Part shown: positions 40,306-48,884 of the stretch, piece by piece
Layout of the letters: every line of letters starts with the position of its first letter
How positions within the stretch are numbered: the stretch's first letter is position 1
Virus record (IMG/VR): IMGVR_UViG_3300031759_000022
Coordinates: 1 to 57,373 of that record
Length of the DNA stretch: 57,373 nucleotides
Strand: one strand, 5' to 3'
Source of the DNA: a virus
Lineage: Duplodnaviria; Caudoviricetes
Notes under the pieces: generated by a model
The model's database searches: none
What the model was told of the DNA's origin: nothing
Seen by the model: only the letters and a program-made list of their open reading frames with translations
Program-made: the position numbers and the translations under genes

Positions 40306-40337
40306 GCGTTCATGCGTTCATGCGTTAATGCGTTCAT
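40298..40337. repeat. 8-bp tandem repeat (ATGAACGC on - strand) x5, one unit variant
   Basis: Read directly from the sequence. Confidence 0.9.
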
Positions 40338-41482
40338 GCAAAGTCCTCCTTAGCAGCTTGTTTAACACGTACCAGTTTTGGTGCTCCGTCTGGACGTAAA
40401 ACTAAATCACCCAACCATGCCGCTGCTTGCTTGTTAATCTTTTCCAATGATGCGATAGATTTAAGTGTTGGCTGATTCCAAATCTGTTCCGCTGGCATAC
40501 CCTTTTCAATAAGCACTGTTGCCGCTAATTGGTTATCTGATATCTTGCGGTGAGTCTTTGTAACTGACAGCTTAAAGCCTGTAGGAATAACATTACAGGT
40601 TATGGCCTGTTCTAGTGCGTACTCTTCTACATCATTTGCCCATGTTCTTAAATCTTGGGCTTTGGCAAGGACTTCAATAATTTCGTCTTGGCTGAGGAGG
40701 GCTGGCTCTTGGAAGTCTTGCTTGGCAAGCTCTGTGTTGAAGTCGCTGCGGGAGCGGCACGTCGCTTTGGCACGGCAGAACTGGCACCACTCTCCGGGGA
40801 GGAAGTCACCCGAGCCGGACCACGCTTTCTTGGCTTTGGGTTTGACAAAATAGTTCGCCCAGTCGACAAGTTTATGTATGCTTGTTCCGTCGGTACTGAT
40901 TGAGTCGAGTCTAGGTTGGTGAATGGTATAGCTAACTTCTTTAATGTTTGGGAACTCTTCTTTGAACTTGGCGTATGCCCCGAGTGCGTAAAGTCTGAGT
41001 TGAGGATTGTCTTCTGCGTAAACTGGAATTCCTTTTCCAAATTTAAGGTCGATAACGCGAATGGAGTGTTCAGAAAGAATAACCACATCGGCCGTACCAA
41101 AGCCATCAGGAACCCATTCAGAGAAGTCCACACGCTGTTCAAAAAGCGGTGTGTCTCCTTCACCAATTTGAGAGCGGACGTAAAGAACGTAGTTGTCAAC
41201 GTGGGCTTCAAAGTCCTCTCTTTCAGCTTCTTCATAGTTTTGATAGATCGGGTGCGTTTTAATGATTTCATATTCTCGGTCATATTCATCGTGTCCTATT
41301 TGATTAAACTGCAAACGCAAGCGTACTTCACCTAGCGAATGGGCAAGAGTGCCTTCCGCAGAGAAATCAATCCCTTTGGTATTTCTTTTTTGTTCTGGAA
41401 GGGTGGATTCTAAACGAGCACTTGGTGTGCAAGATAGCCATCTTTTGGCTCCCGATGCACTTAACATGGCGTGGGCTGTCAA
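40334..41482 (-). CDS. DUF2800-type Cas4-like PD-(D/E)XK exonuclease
   Basis: HAMLSASGAKRWLSC, EGTLAH, GFGTAD, IDLKFGKG, QLRLYALG, WCQFCRAKATC. Confidence 0.88.
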   Translation of the reverse strand: MTAHAMLSASGAKRWLSCTPSARLESTLPEQKRNTKGIDFSAEGTLAHSLGEVRLRLQFNQIGHDEYDREYEIIKTHPIYQNYEEAEREDFEAHVDNYVLYVRSQIGEGDTPLFEQRVDFSEWVPDGFGTADVVILSEHSIRVIDLKFGKGIPVYAEDNPQLRLYALGAYAKFKEEFPNIKEVSYTIHQPRLDSISTDGTSIHKLVDWANYFVKPKAKKAWSGSGDFLPGEWCQFCRAKATCRSRSDFNTELAKQDFQEPALLSQDEIIEVLAKAQDLRTWANDVEEYALEQAITCNVIPTGFKLSVTKTHRKISDNQLAATVLIEKGMPAEQIWNQPTLKSIASLEKINKQAAAWLGDLVLRPDGAPKLVRVKQAAKEDFA

Positions 41483-41516
41483 TTTATTCTTTCAATTCGT
41501 TTTAAGAAGTATACAT

Positions 41517-41547
41517 ACTAATGCAAAAAAAGGGGCTAGTCAAGCCC
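41517..41547 (-). promoter_or_regulatory. Variant copy of the late motif (GGGCT-N17-TGCATTAGT) overlapping a terminator
   Basis: ACTAATGCA 41517-41525; AGCCC 41543-41547. Confidence 0.5.
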
Positions 41548-41553
41548 CTTTTT
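41525..41553. terminator. Bidirectional terminator after TerS
   Basis: AAAAAAAGGGGCT-agtca-AGCCCCTTTTT. Confidence 0.75.
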
Positions 41554-41572
41554 AACGAATTTAAAAAAATAT

Positions 41573-41962
41573 TTATTTTAGGGCGGCAAGCAAATCTGCA
41601 ATCTCTTTATTGAAATCTACTTTTATTTCTACTTTAGCATCAATTTTAGTATCGCGGGTTTCGCGGTAATCTTGTTGAAATTGACCTCTGAGTGCTATTT
41701 CAGCGAGGCGGCTGTTGTAGCCTTTGTTTTCGATGTTTGCTAGAAGCTCACGCTCCCAGTGTGCCTGTGAGTGAACCAATGCCATATCCAGTGAATCGGC
41801 AAACTCTGGATGGTTCTTTTTGAATGTATCTGCTGCGGATTTTGAAATACCTAGATCGGACCAAATCATTTTTTGAGACGCACCTTGACGCCCTAGTTCA
41901 ATCATACGATCGCACATTTCCGGCTTAAATACGTATTTTTGAGTTGATTTTTTGGTTGCCAT
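41573..41962 (-). CDS. Putative terminase small subunit
   Basis: KPEMCDRMIELGRQGAS...LGISKS...HPEFADSL..A...SQAHWE resembles the HTH-type TerS pattern. Confidence 0.6.
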   Translation of the reverse strand: MATKKSTQKYVFKPEMCDRMIELGRQGASQKMIWSDLGISKSAADTFKKNHPEFADSLDMALVHSQAHWERELLANIENKGYNSRLAEIALRGQFQQDYRETRDTKIDAKVEIKVDFNKEIADLLAALK

Positions 41963-42081
41963 ATAATTCCTTTATTGATGGGGGCCGTCTTTCCGGCTGC
42001 CAGGAGTCCAGTCACCTCTCGCTTACTGGTAATGGCGTTTTAAGCCATTATACGGAGCCTTTCACAAGGAGTCCTATATCT

Positions 42082-42111
42082 ACTAATGCAAAAAACCAAC
42101 CAAAACCGCCC
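42082..42111 (-). promoter_or_regulatory. Putative phage late promoter on minus strand, upstream of TerS
   Basis: CGCCC 42107-42111 and ACTAATGCA 42082-42090, 16-nt spacer. Confidence 0.75.
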
Positions 42112-42351
42112 TTAATCCGGAATGATAATATTGCGTACAGGCTTTTCTTTAGCTTTTTGTTCGTCCTCAATCATTTTTCTAAAAGTTGGCATCATTTCAT
42201 TAACAATGCCTTTAGTCATAGCTTCTGCTAAAAGGCGGTGCTCCATTTCCTGTTCTGCTGTTGTCTTTTTAGTTTTTTCATCGACGTTGTCCGCAATTTT
42301 GGTACCAAATTTACGATGTTTTAAAAACTGACGGATAAAGTTATCATCCAT
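42112..42351 (-). CDS. Hypothetical protein
   Basis: 79 aa in a tightly packed operon. Confidence 0.6.
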   Translation of the reverse strand: MDDNFIRQFLKHRKFGTKIADNVDEKTKKTTAEQEMEHRLLAEAMTKGIVNEMMPTFRKMIEDEQKAKEKPVRNIIIPD

Positions 42352-42535
42352 TCTTAGCTGTTTCCTTTTCTAGCATAGCTTTAAATTGTGGCTCTCCTTG
42401 TTGGCGAATTAATGCAATTAAACCAGCTGAACTTTTATAAGGACGCTCGCCTAATTCTTGTAAAATTGCGTTAATAAATTCAACGGTAAAAGAGAAGTTT
42501 AAAATCTCTTTTTTTAGTTTATCTTCCGGACTCAT
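42344..42535 (-). CDS. Hypothetical protein
   Basis: 63 aa, overlap-coupled. Confidence 0.6.
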   Translation of the reverse strand: MSPEDKLKKEILNFSFTVEFINAILQELGERPYKSSAGLIALIRQQGEPQFKAMLEKETAKNG

Positions 42536-42819
42536 TTTTTCTTACCTTTCTTTTTAACTGGGAAATTAAATTGATCTCTTGCTGCTAATTCTTCTGGATC
42601 AACACAATACTGGTTTAGCTCCATTTTTTGGCAATATACATCCATTAAATTCTCACATCGCATATCATGAAGTGTTTTAATACCCAGTAACACATTCATA
42701 ACTTCATCCTCGGTCATAGGTCTTGGTGCGTCACTGTAATGTCGAAATAGCAAATCAATATCTTCAACTATCTGCCACACCACCATGATGGCGCTTTCTA
42801 AGTCAATCTTTGGATTCAT
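42532..42819 (-). CDS. Hypothetical protein
   Basis: 95 aa, overlap-coupled. Confidence 0.6.
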   Translation of the reverse strand: MNPKIDLESAIMVVWQIVEDIDLLFRHYSDAPRPMTEDEVMNVLLGIKTLHDMRCENLMDVYCQKMELNQYCVDPEELAARDQFNFPVKKKGKKK

Positions 42820-43027
42820 TTTTTACTTTCCCTTCAAAATCAAAACAATACCATTTACCTACAATAGCTAATGCAGGAAGTAATTCTTTCCATGCTTCAA
42901 TGTCATCTTCATGCCATTTATCTATTTCCTTAACACTTTTAGAAACATTTACGTAACTGTCAATAATACTTTTACCAACCAACTCGTCCATAATGTCATC
43001 ATCAATTTCAATATTCATTTTCCGCAC
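42803..43027 (-). CDS. Hypothetical protein
   Basis: 74 aa (start may be the internal MNIEID). Confidence 0.55.
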   Translation of the reverse strand: MRKMNIEIDDDIMDELVGKSIIDSYVNVSKSVKEIDKWHEDDIEAWKELLPALAIVGKWYCFDFEGKVKNESKD

Positions 43028-43341
43028 TCCTCGGTGTGGTTAATTGTAGCATCGTTCCAATTATAATTTGTGCCAGCGCCGCCATTACACGGCAAATTAA
43101 CTGTGTCTGTAGAGTTAACAAAACTGCTAACAGTTTCATTTTTTTCTCTTAAAGCAATTTCGTCTTGTAAATAAAATGCTGCTTTTTTAAGGTCTTCAAT
43201 ATTTTTACCTTTTAAATCTGCTCGCCAAATGTATTTCATAACATTACCAAGGTTAAATCCCATGTGCCTAGTAATCTCTAAGCACTCAACACCACTTGGA
43301 TGGCTGGTGTAGTGTATAGGGTTATTTACTTGATCGTGCAT
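43015..43341 (-). CDS. DUF3310 / SaV-like protein
   Basis: DQVNNPIHY...GVEC...GFNLGNVMKYIWRA..KG..IEDLKKA.FYL. Confidence 0.85.
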   Translation of the reverse strand: MHDQVNNPIHYTSHPSGVECLEITRHMGFNLGNVMKYIWRADLKGKNIEDLKKAAFYLQDEIALREKNETVSSFVNSTDTVNLPCNGGAGTNYNWNDATINHTEECGK

Positions 43342-43507
43342 GTTTGCCTCTTAGTTCAGTTTCAACTGCTAAAATTTCTTCCGGTGTATCGCACACCCAC
43401 AATGTTTGAACGTCTTTAAACATGGAAAGATCAATATCTTCCACACCTTGTATAGTATCAAATAGCGGGTAACCTTTTACTAAATGCTCAACAATAAATG
43501 TAGTCAT
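43322..43507 (-). CDS. Hypothetical protein
   Basis: 61 aa, overlap-coupled. Confidence 0.55.
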   Translation of the reverse strand: MTTFIVEHLVKGYPLFDTIQGVEDIDLSMFKDVQTLWVCDTPEEILAVETELRGKHARSSK

Positions 43508-43809
43508 AGCTTGAGTTCCTTTTTAATAAACGCAACACCGGCAGCAAAATGATACCGCCAATGCTTTTCTGTTAAACCGATATCATTATAACTTAAACCT
43601 TGTAAAAAAGCATCTAAAACTTTTTTTGATTTTTCTGGCATTTTTGTGCAAATTAAACGGCGTATATCCGCCACGTCTTCTACATCCCACGGTAGCCAAC
43701 CACCTCCCTCTAACATGCTTGATGAAATACCTTCTGATTCATCTTGCTCGATTACGTCCATTTCCTCGTCTGATAGGCGGGGAGCTACTGCTTGAATTTT
43801 TGATGTCAT
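43504..43809 (-). CDS. Stand-alone sigma70 region-4-like HTH protein (putative late activator / sigma4 subunit)
   Basis: MPEKSKKVLDAFLQGLSYNDIGLTEKHWRYHFAAGVAFIKKEL aligns by eye with LPxxxxxVxxxxxxxGLSYxEI...; position after the SNF2 helicase. Confidence 0.55.
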   Translation of the reverse strand: MTSKIQAVAPRLSDEEMDVIEQDESEGISSSMLEGGGWLPWDVEDVADIRRLICTKMPEKSKKVLDAFLQGLSYNDIGLTEKHWRYHFAAGVAFIKKELKL

Positions 43810-45140
43810 AGTTCTAATGATTCTAGGATTGCATCCTGTAAAGTTATTTTTCCTTCTAATACTGCTACTACTCTTTCATCTACACTATTGGATACAACTA
43901 GGTGGTGTATAATGACCGGCTTTTCTTGCCCTTGGCGATAAATGCGGGCGTTGGCTTGGATGTAGTTCTCTGAGCTCCACGGTAAGTCAAACCACACGGT
44001 TTGTGCTGTGTCTCCAACGTTGCACTGGAGATTAAGCCCGATGCCCCCTGATTGCGGGTGTGCGAGTAGCATACGAATCTCACCACGACGCCACGCCTCA
44101 ATGTTGTCATCGTCCAAGACCACGGCGTACGGGAAAGTGAGGCGAAGCCTTTGCAAGCTGTGCTTGAAGTGGTAGAAGACAAGCGTTGGGGAGGAGGACT
44201 CTTCCATGATCGACTCAAGATATTCCAGCTTAGAACGGTGTACCTCGTGTGTTTCGCCTTGTTCGTCATACACCGCGCCTGATGTGAACTGGAGGAGTTT
44301 GTTAGCCAACGCCGCTGCTGTTGGAGCTGTGATCCTTTCTTTCTTGATACTAACGACCATATCTTTTTTGAGTTGCTCATACTGGGTCCTTACGTTTTTA
44401 TCTATTTCGATTTTGTGATAAAGCAAAGTAAGCGGGGGAAGTTGTAGGTAATCCTCAGCTTTAAGAGAATAACAAATATCTGAAATTTTATCTTGAATAA
44501 CTTTAGATGCACCACTTTTTGGTTTCCATGTATAAACTTGTCTTGTTTGTCTATTAAATTGATCGGGTTGTAAATATTTGTCCCTGAACTTTGTTAGGCT
44601 TGTTTCTAAACGTGTTCCCAAATCTAATATACCGACCTGAGACCATAGATCAGATACTCCTTGAGGGGTAGGTGTGCCTGTTAAAATAATACGCCGCGAG
44701 AAGCCCTTTAAATGCTTTTTAAGTGCCTTAAATCGTTTGGTTGATGGATCCTTAAAACGGGATGACTCATCAATCACTAGGTTGCTGAACTGGCTCATCT
44801 GAGGCTGTTCCGTTAACCACACCACGTTTTCTAAGTTCACTAAGTAAATGTCCGCGGATTGGTTCAGGGCTTGCAGCCGCTGAGATGGCGATCCCAAAAT
44901 TTTCGAGATTTTTAAGGAGTTCAGATGTTCCCACTTCTTGGTCTCCTGCTCCCACACTGTCTCCGCTACCCTCTTGGGCGCGATGATTAGTGTCTTCCCT
45001 TGCATCTGCTCCGCAATGATGGTGAGTGTCGTTATCGTCTTCCCAAGTCCAGGGGGTAGAAACAGACCCAAGTTCAGCACCGACTGCGCCTTTAATATTA
45101 GTTCGTTTTGGTATTGGTGAAGCTGTGTTCGGTTTAGCAT
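43806..45140 (-). CDS. SNF2-family (SF2) helicase
   Basis: PGLGKT, IDESS, LTGTP, SGGIGLNLQ, QANARIYRQGQ. Confidence 0.9.
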   Translation of the reverse strand: MLNRTQLHQYQNELILKAQSVLNLGLFLPPGLGKTITTLTIIAEQMQGKTLIIAPKRVAETVWEQETKKWEHLNSLKISKILGSPSQRLQALNQSADIYLVNLENVVWLTEQPQMSQFSNLVIDESSRFKDPSTKRFKALKKHLKGFSRRIILTGTPTPQGVSDLWSQVGILDLGTRLETSLTKFRDKYLQPDQFNRQTRQVYTWKPKSGASKVIQDKISDICYSLKAEDYLQLPPLTLLYHKIEIDKNVRTQYEQLKKDMVVSIKKERITAPTAAALANKLLQFTSGAVYDEQGETHEVHRSKLEYLESIMEESSSPTLVFYHFKHSLQRLRLTFPYAVVLDDDNIEAWRRGEIRMLLAHPQSGGIGLNLQCNVGDTAQTVWFDLPWSSENYIQANARIYRQGQEKPVIIHHLVVSNSVDERVVAVLEGKITLQDAILESLEL

Positions 45141-45609
45141 TTAATACTTCTTTCCGTTTATCATGTAGCCAATCTGCTACTAAGTATAACTCTTTTTCCG
45201 TAGCATTATTTTTAATTGTATTTGCCCAATGGGAAATAAACACCACATTTTCTTTAATATAGCCTAATTCAGGAATAACTCTGTCTAATGATGCTGTATT
45301 TTTTTCGGCATTTCCAGAACCCTTTGTAGTACCTACGTATAATAAAGGGACTTTAAATACAGGGCAATTTTCCGTTGCTATTGATACAAGATAATCATAG
45401 TCTAAATCAAACTCCAACTTTTTATTTCGTGATCTTATTTTTGCGGACTGTAATGCTTGAGTTAAAAACCCGTGTTTGGTTGCTCGATATTGAATTTTAT
45501 GAGCCGCCATGCAAAACTTACAGTGAGATGTTAGCTTATCTTTACGTTTGGCATCTTTGTAAAATTCAGAATTTTTTTTATTAATATTACATTTTTTGCA
45601 TAGTTGCAT
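44770..45609 (-). CDS. HNH-like homing endonuclease with C-terminal extension overlapping the helicase
   Basis: CKKC...HCKFC, CPVF, SLDRVIPELGYIKENVVFISHWANTIKN. Confidence 0.75.
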   Translation of the reverse strand: MQLCKKCNINKKNSEFYKDAKRKDKLTSHCKFCMAAHKIQYRATKHGFLTQALQSAKIRSRNKKLEFDLDYDYLVSIATENCPVFKVPLLYVGTTKGSGNAEKNTASLDRVIPELGYIKENVVFISHWANTIKNNATEKELYLVADWLHDKRKEVLNAKPNTASPIPKRTNIKGAVGAELGSVSTPWTWEDDNDTHHHCGADAREDTNHRAQEGSGDSVGAGDQEVGTSELLKNLENFGIAISAAASPEPIRGHLLSELRKRGVVNGTASDEPVQQPSD

Positions 45610-45871
45610 TTATAAATTCCTCCACGTCTTCTTTAGACCTCAATACATGAACAGGAAATCCTTGTTCACCCAAATCGTCGAATACGAGCACTTGTCTTGG
45701 GCTCAATACTCCGGTTGCTGTTTTTAGTTCTACGAGGTACACTTTTTGGTTCAGGAACACTATCCGATCCGGCACTCCCGTTATTGAGCTCTGCCATTTG
45801 AAGGATAACCCCAAGGATTGCTTTATTAACTTGTTCAGGTGTTTTTCTATCTCTTTTTCTAGTACGCTCAC
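45587..45871 (-). CDS. VRR-NUC domain nuclease
   Basis: GTG start MSVLEKEIE; GVPDRIV...LVELK...LSPRQ. Confidence 0.85.
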   Translation of the reverse strand: MSVLEKEIEKHLNKLIKQSLGLSFKWQSSITGVPDRIVFLNQKVYLVELKTATGVLSPRQVLVFDDLGEQGFPVHVLRSKEDVEEFINATMQKM

Positions 45872-46295
45872 GGGTTTCGTCCTCTGTTGCATAAGCTGCA
45901 AATACTTGTTTAAACACATGCTCCCCTAAATAGGAACGAGACTCATCGCCAATATTTGTTTCACCAATATATTCAAAAATGTGAGTAGTTGTATGCGAGA
46001 CTTCATGGTATATAACACCCATTCGTTCCAACGCGTCTAACTTAGCCATTTCTTCGTAATTAAAAACAATAGCAAGCATAGCATGATGCGTACCTTCTTG
46101 CTGAATAATATGAGACTCCGCTAAACCAAGATCTAACGCGTTATGTTTAGTTGTGATACCAGAGTCTTTTACTGCATGTTGAAATGCTGAATCAGAAAAA
46201 CATATTTTAACTTTAATCCCAAAGTGCCCTGTATCAGCGACATAATATGGTTTACTGGTTAAAGGGGATGGTGGCAAGGATTTCTGCGTGGTCAT
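45666..46295 (-). CDS. HEXXH-containing hypothetical protein (possible metallopeptidase fold)
   Basis: VIYHEVSH...DE motif; 3' end overlaps VRR-NUC. Confidence 0.6.
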   Translation of the reverse strand: MTTQKSLPPSPLTSKPYYVADTGHFGIKVKICFSDSAFQHAVKDSGITTKHNALDLGLAESHIIQQEGTHHAMLAIVFNYEEMAKLDALERMGVIYHEVSHTTTHIFEYIGETNIGDESRSYLGEHVFKQVFAAYATEDETRERTRKRDRKTPEQVNKAILGVILQMAELNNGSAGSDSVPEPKSVPRRTKNSNRSIEPKTSARIRRFG

Positions 46296-46428
46296 TATCA
46301 GCCTCTATTTCAAAAGTTATACCGCTTTCTGGTTTTTTATTAAAGATAGTGTCCCAGTTTTTATCAAACTGTTCTTTATCTAAGGGCTGTATTAATGTGT
46401 CTCCCTTACCGCCGTCATGTACTGTCAT
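46252..46428 (-). CDS. Small hypothetical protein (GGKGD...FDKNWDTIF), 58 aa
   Basis: Hand-translated, ATGA-coupled. Confidence 0.55.
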   Translation of the reverse strand: MTVHDGGKGDTLIQPLDKEQFDKNWDTIFNKKPESGITFEIEADNDHAEILATIPFNQ

Positions 46429-46688
46429 TTCTTTAACCCTTTACGCAATTCGTGACTATGTAATTTATTGCCGGGGTTTTTAACTTCACCGGCTGCTTTT
46501 GCTATTTTAGCAGCTTTTTTACGATTTGCAATTTCTCCGTCGGAAAGTACAAATTCATGCTTTGCTCCCTTAGCTTCTTTACCCGCCTTTTTGATAATAT
46601 CATCATGGCTTTGTTTAATGGATGTAGCTTTAACTACCTTACCTGATTTTTCTACAATAACAGGTTTAACTACTCTTAATTTGTTCAT
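46425..46688 (-). CDS. Basic hypothetical protein
   Basis: 87 aa with AAGGA RBS. Confidence 0.6.
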   Translation of the reverse strand: MNKLRVVKPVIVEKSGKVVKATSIKQSHDDIIKKAGKEAKGAKHEFVLSDGEIANRKKAAKIAKAAGEVKNPGNKLHSHELRKGLKK

Positions 46689-46886
46689 GTTATTCCTTAT
46701 AGCATTGAGTGTAATATGATTAAAATAAAACCGATTTCAATGGCGAATCCGAATATCGCTGTGATATCCATTAGTTGTTCCTGTGGTATGCGTTGTTAGG
46801 GTTGGCCAGCATACTGGCAATTAGCTCGTCTGCATTCCAAAACCATTGCTGCGCCCGTAAGCCGTCTGCTTGGTAGATGGAGAAGC

Positions 46887-46983
46887 TCATAGCATCATCA
46901 CTGCTGATCTTCTGTTTAATAATTCAGCTTGCAATTCTTGTACCCATGCTTTAAAGTAAGTCAGCTAGTTCATTTGTGTTCAT
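46887..46983 (-). pseudogene. Frameshifted/truncated MNxNELAD-family cassette
   Basis: MNTNELADLL* shares its 5' DNA with the ORF starting at 47660; another frame continues KAWVQELQAELLNRR. Confidence 0.45.
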
Positions 46984-47105
46984 TTCTCGCCTTTGTATTC
47001 ATATAAAGTCACGCACTCAGTTTGGTCGCAAATTACTCTGCGGGTGTATGGGCTTGTAGTGCAAGCAACCAGAAAAATAAATAGTGGTAGTAGATACTTA
47101 ATCAT
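46980..47105 (-). CDS. Small lipoprotein (MIKYLLPLFIFLVAC..., 41 aa)
   Basis: Hand-translated; lipobox LVA-C; ATGA overlaps at both ends. Confidence 0.6.
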   Translation of the reverse strand: MIKYLLPLFIFLVACTTSPYTRRVICDQTECVTLYEYKGEK

Positions 47106-47302
47106 TTCTCTTGTGCCTTTCTTAGTATTGCTCTAGCAAAATCAACTTCATCTTTGCTTTCTTCCCATTCAGCCATTATTTCTTCATCTGTTAGGTCTGC
47201 TGGATGGTCGTAGAGTGGAATAGCGTTTAGTTCTTCCCCATCTATTTCGTTTAGCAAGTAAACCTCACCATCTACCATCCACGCTACTGGTTCATTGTTC
47301 AT
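47102..47302 (-). CDS. Cassette-family small protein (MNNEPVAW...LTDEEI...ARAILRKAQEK)
   Basis: Shares termini with 47893..48117 and 47657..47896. Confidence 0.7.
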   Translation of the reverse strand: MNNEPVAWMVDGEVYLLNEIDGEELNAIPLYDHPADLTDEEIMAEWEESKDEVDFARAILRKAQEK

Positions 47303-47396
47303 CTAATTAACCCTGTTATTAGTCCAACAGATATGACCAAAAAGCTAACGCCCAAACAAATTACACCTATTCCAAAACAGTAATCTACAAAATCAT

Positions 47397-47660
47397 TCAT
47401 TTTATATTCTCCGCAAATTCTAAAAATTCTTCTTTAGTCAATAGCCAAGTATGTCCGTTAACCAACTTATCTGACCACAAACGCATTACCCAGTAATTGT
47501 CAATAACAATTTCATAAAACGCTGGGTTGCTTTTCAACGCTTCTATTTCAGCTTGTTGCTGGCGTAGCATGAGTTGAGATTGATTATGTTTATCTTCATC
47601 GTAATCAACTTCGTTGTACATAAAGTCATGTAAGTAATCAGCTAGTTCATTTGCGTTCAT
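47397..47660 (-). CDS. Cassette-family small protein (MNANELAD...LRQQQAEIEALK)
   Basis: 87 aa, ATGA-coupled. Confidence 0.65.
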   Translation of the reverse strand: MNANELADYLHDFMYNEVDYDEDKHNQSQLMLRQQQAEIEALKSNPAFYEIVIDNYWVMRLWSDKLVNGHTWLLTKEEFLEFAENIK

Positions 47661-47896
47661 TTCTTTTGTGCCTTTCTTAGTATTGCTCTAGCAAAATCTA
47701 AATGCCTAAAGCATCCTCCAAACTGTTCCATCCCAGCGCCAAACTCATCTGCAAGACTGTCTATTTCTTCATCGGTTAAGTCTATATAAACTTTGTATGT
47801 ACGACTTAATTCATCTGCTTCTAATCCGCATTTTTGACATTGCACAGTCATCCTATCTGACCTTTTTTTCCATGATTCGTGTTTGCATGTGTTCAT
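47657..47896 (-). CDS. Cassette-family small protein with Zn-ribbon core
   Basis: CKH...CQKC; ends LTDEEI...FARAILRKAQKK. Confidence 0.7.
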   Translation of the reverse strand: MNTCKHESWKKRSDRMTVQCQKCGLEADELSRTYKVYIDLTDEEIDSLADEFGAGMEQFGGCFRHLDFARAILRKAQKK

Positions 47897-48117
47897 TTCT
47901 CCTGTGCCTTTCTTAGTATTGCTCTAATTACATTATCCAAACCAACAACTTTTTCACTTTGAGAAAAGTTAAACACATTTTTTATAGCCCATTCAAAGTC
48001 TGCTATTTCCTCATCTGTTAGTGTCTTTAATTGTGGCGAACAAGTGTGAATGGAATCGCCTGTAACTCTTTTGCCACAATCTAAACACGCAGTCCACGCT
48101 ACTGGTTCATTGTTCAT
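47893..48117 (-). CDS. Cassette-family small protein with CxxC..HxC core
   Basis: MNNEPVAW...CLDCG...IHTC...LTDEEI...RAILRKAQEK. Confidence 0.7.
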   Translation of the reverse strand: MNNEPVAWTACLDCGKRVTGDSIHTCSPQLKTLTDEEIADFEWAIKNVFNFSQSEKVVGLDNVIRAILRKAQEK

Positions 48118-48246
48118 TTTGTTTAACTCCTAACAATTCAAAAGGATTGAATTTAATTCTGTTATCTTTATATACCCTTGAAACTTCTACGCCATTTTCA
48201 ATAACAACAGTCATATCATCATAAATACAAGTAATTTTATAATTCA

Positions 48247-48474
48247 TTAGTTTTTGTCCTTTACTTGGTGCCATTTAACAAAATCTACTGCATCCCAAAA
48301 GCCGTTCTCGTACTCCTCAGAGTTGATGCCTGTCATGGTGATGTCTTGGTACCAAACAATCATCTTCTCTAGGTGGGTAAGTCGGTCCTGCATCTTCTTT
48401 AGCTCATCACACGGCACACCTACCACGTTGTTAGGTCTTTTAGCTGCGTCTATGCCAAATTGTTCTTTGCTCAT
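48247..48474 (-). CDS. Hypothetical protein
   Basis: 75 aa, overlap-coupled. Confidence 0.55.
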   Translation of the reverse strand: MSKEQFGIDAAKRPNNVVGVPCDELKKMQDRLTHLEKMIVWYQDITMTGINSEEYENGFWDAVDFVKWHQVKDKN

Positions 48475-48884
48475 TCTGCGTCCTCTATCACAATGCCGTT
48501 ATCACGGCGGTAAATTTCCTCATCAGCAAACACCTTGGCTATGTGCTCGGGTACGTGGGTCTGCGTCATGCGGATGTTGTGGATGTGCATGTTAGACAGC
48601 GAGCACACTGGGCGGTATTCCAGTGGTGATCTGCCGTCCTTGCCACGACAGCCCCACCAAAATGCTTTTCTAATTACCTCATGCGGGTCTATGTCATACA
48701 CACTGGCCTGTGTGTACGGCGCGTCATCGTGTATGTTGCAACGTTGGTAATCAAGGCCACCATCAATCATGTACTCCTTACCATTAGCGTCAACGTACGT
48801 CTTATAATCGTGCCGGTGAAAAGACTGCATCAATGTACCGTCTGGTGTGATGATGCGGTTGGCTAATAGTTTTGGTTCGGTCAT
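48471..48884 (-). CDS. Conserved-looking phage hypothetical protein
   Basis: TPDGT.MQS.HRHDY...YMIDGGLDY.R...WG.RGKDG. Confidence 0.7.
   Translation of the reverse strand: MTEPKLLANRIITPDGTLMQSFHRHDYKTYVDANGKEYMIDGGLDYQRCNIHDDAPYTQASVYDIDPHEVIRKAFWWGCRGKDGRSPLEYRPVCSLSNMHIHNIRMTQTHVPEHIAKVFADEEIYRRDNGIVIEDAE

Noticed and set aside
40334-41482. Cas4-like nuclease as part of a CRISPR system
   Set aside because: Standard DUF2800-DUF2815-PolA phage replication context, with no array.
41975-42075. tRNA or self-cleaving ribozyme in the TerS leader
   Set aside because: No cloverleaf, TTC loop or hammerhead/twister core recognised; kept only as an unassigned structured leader.
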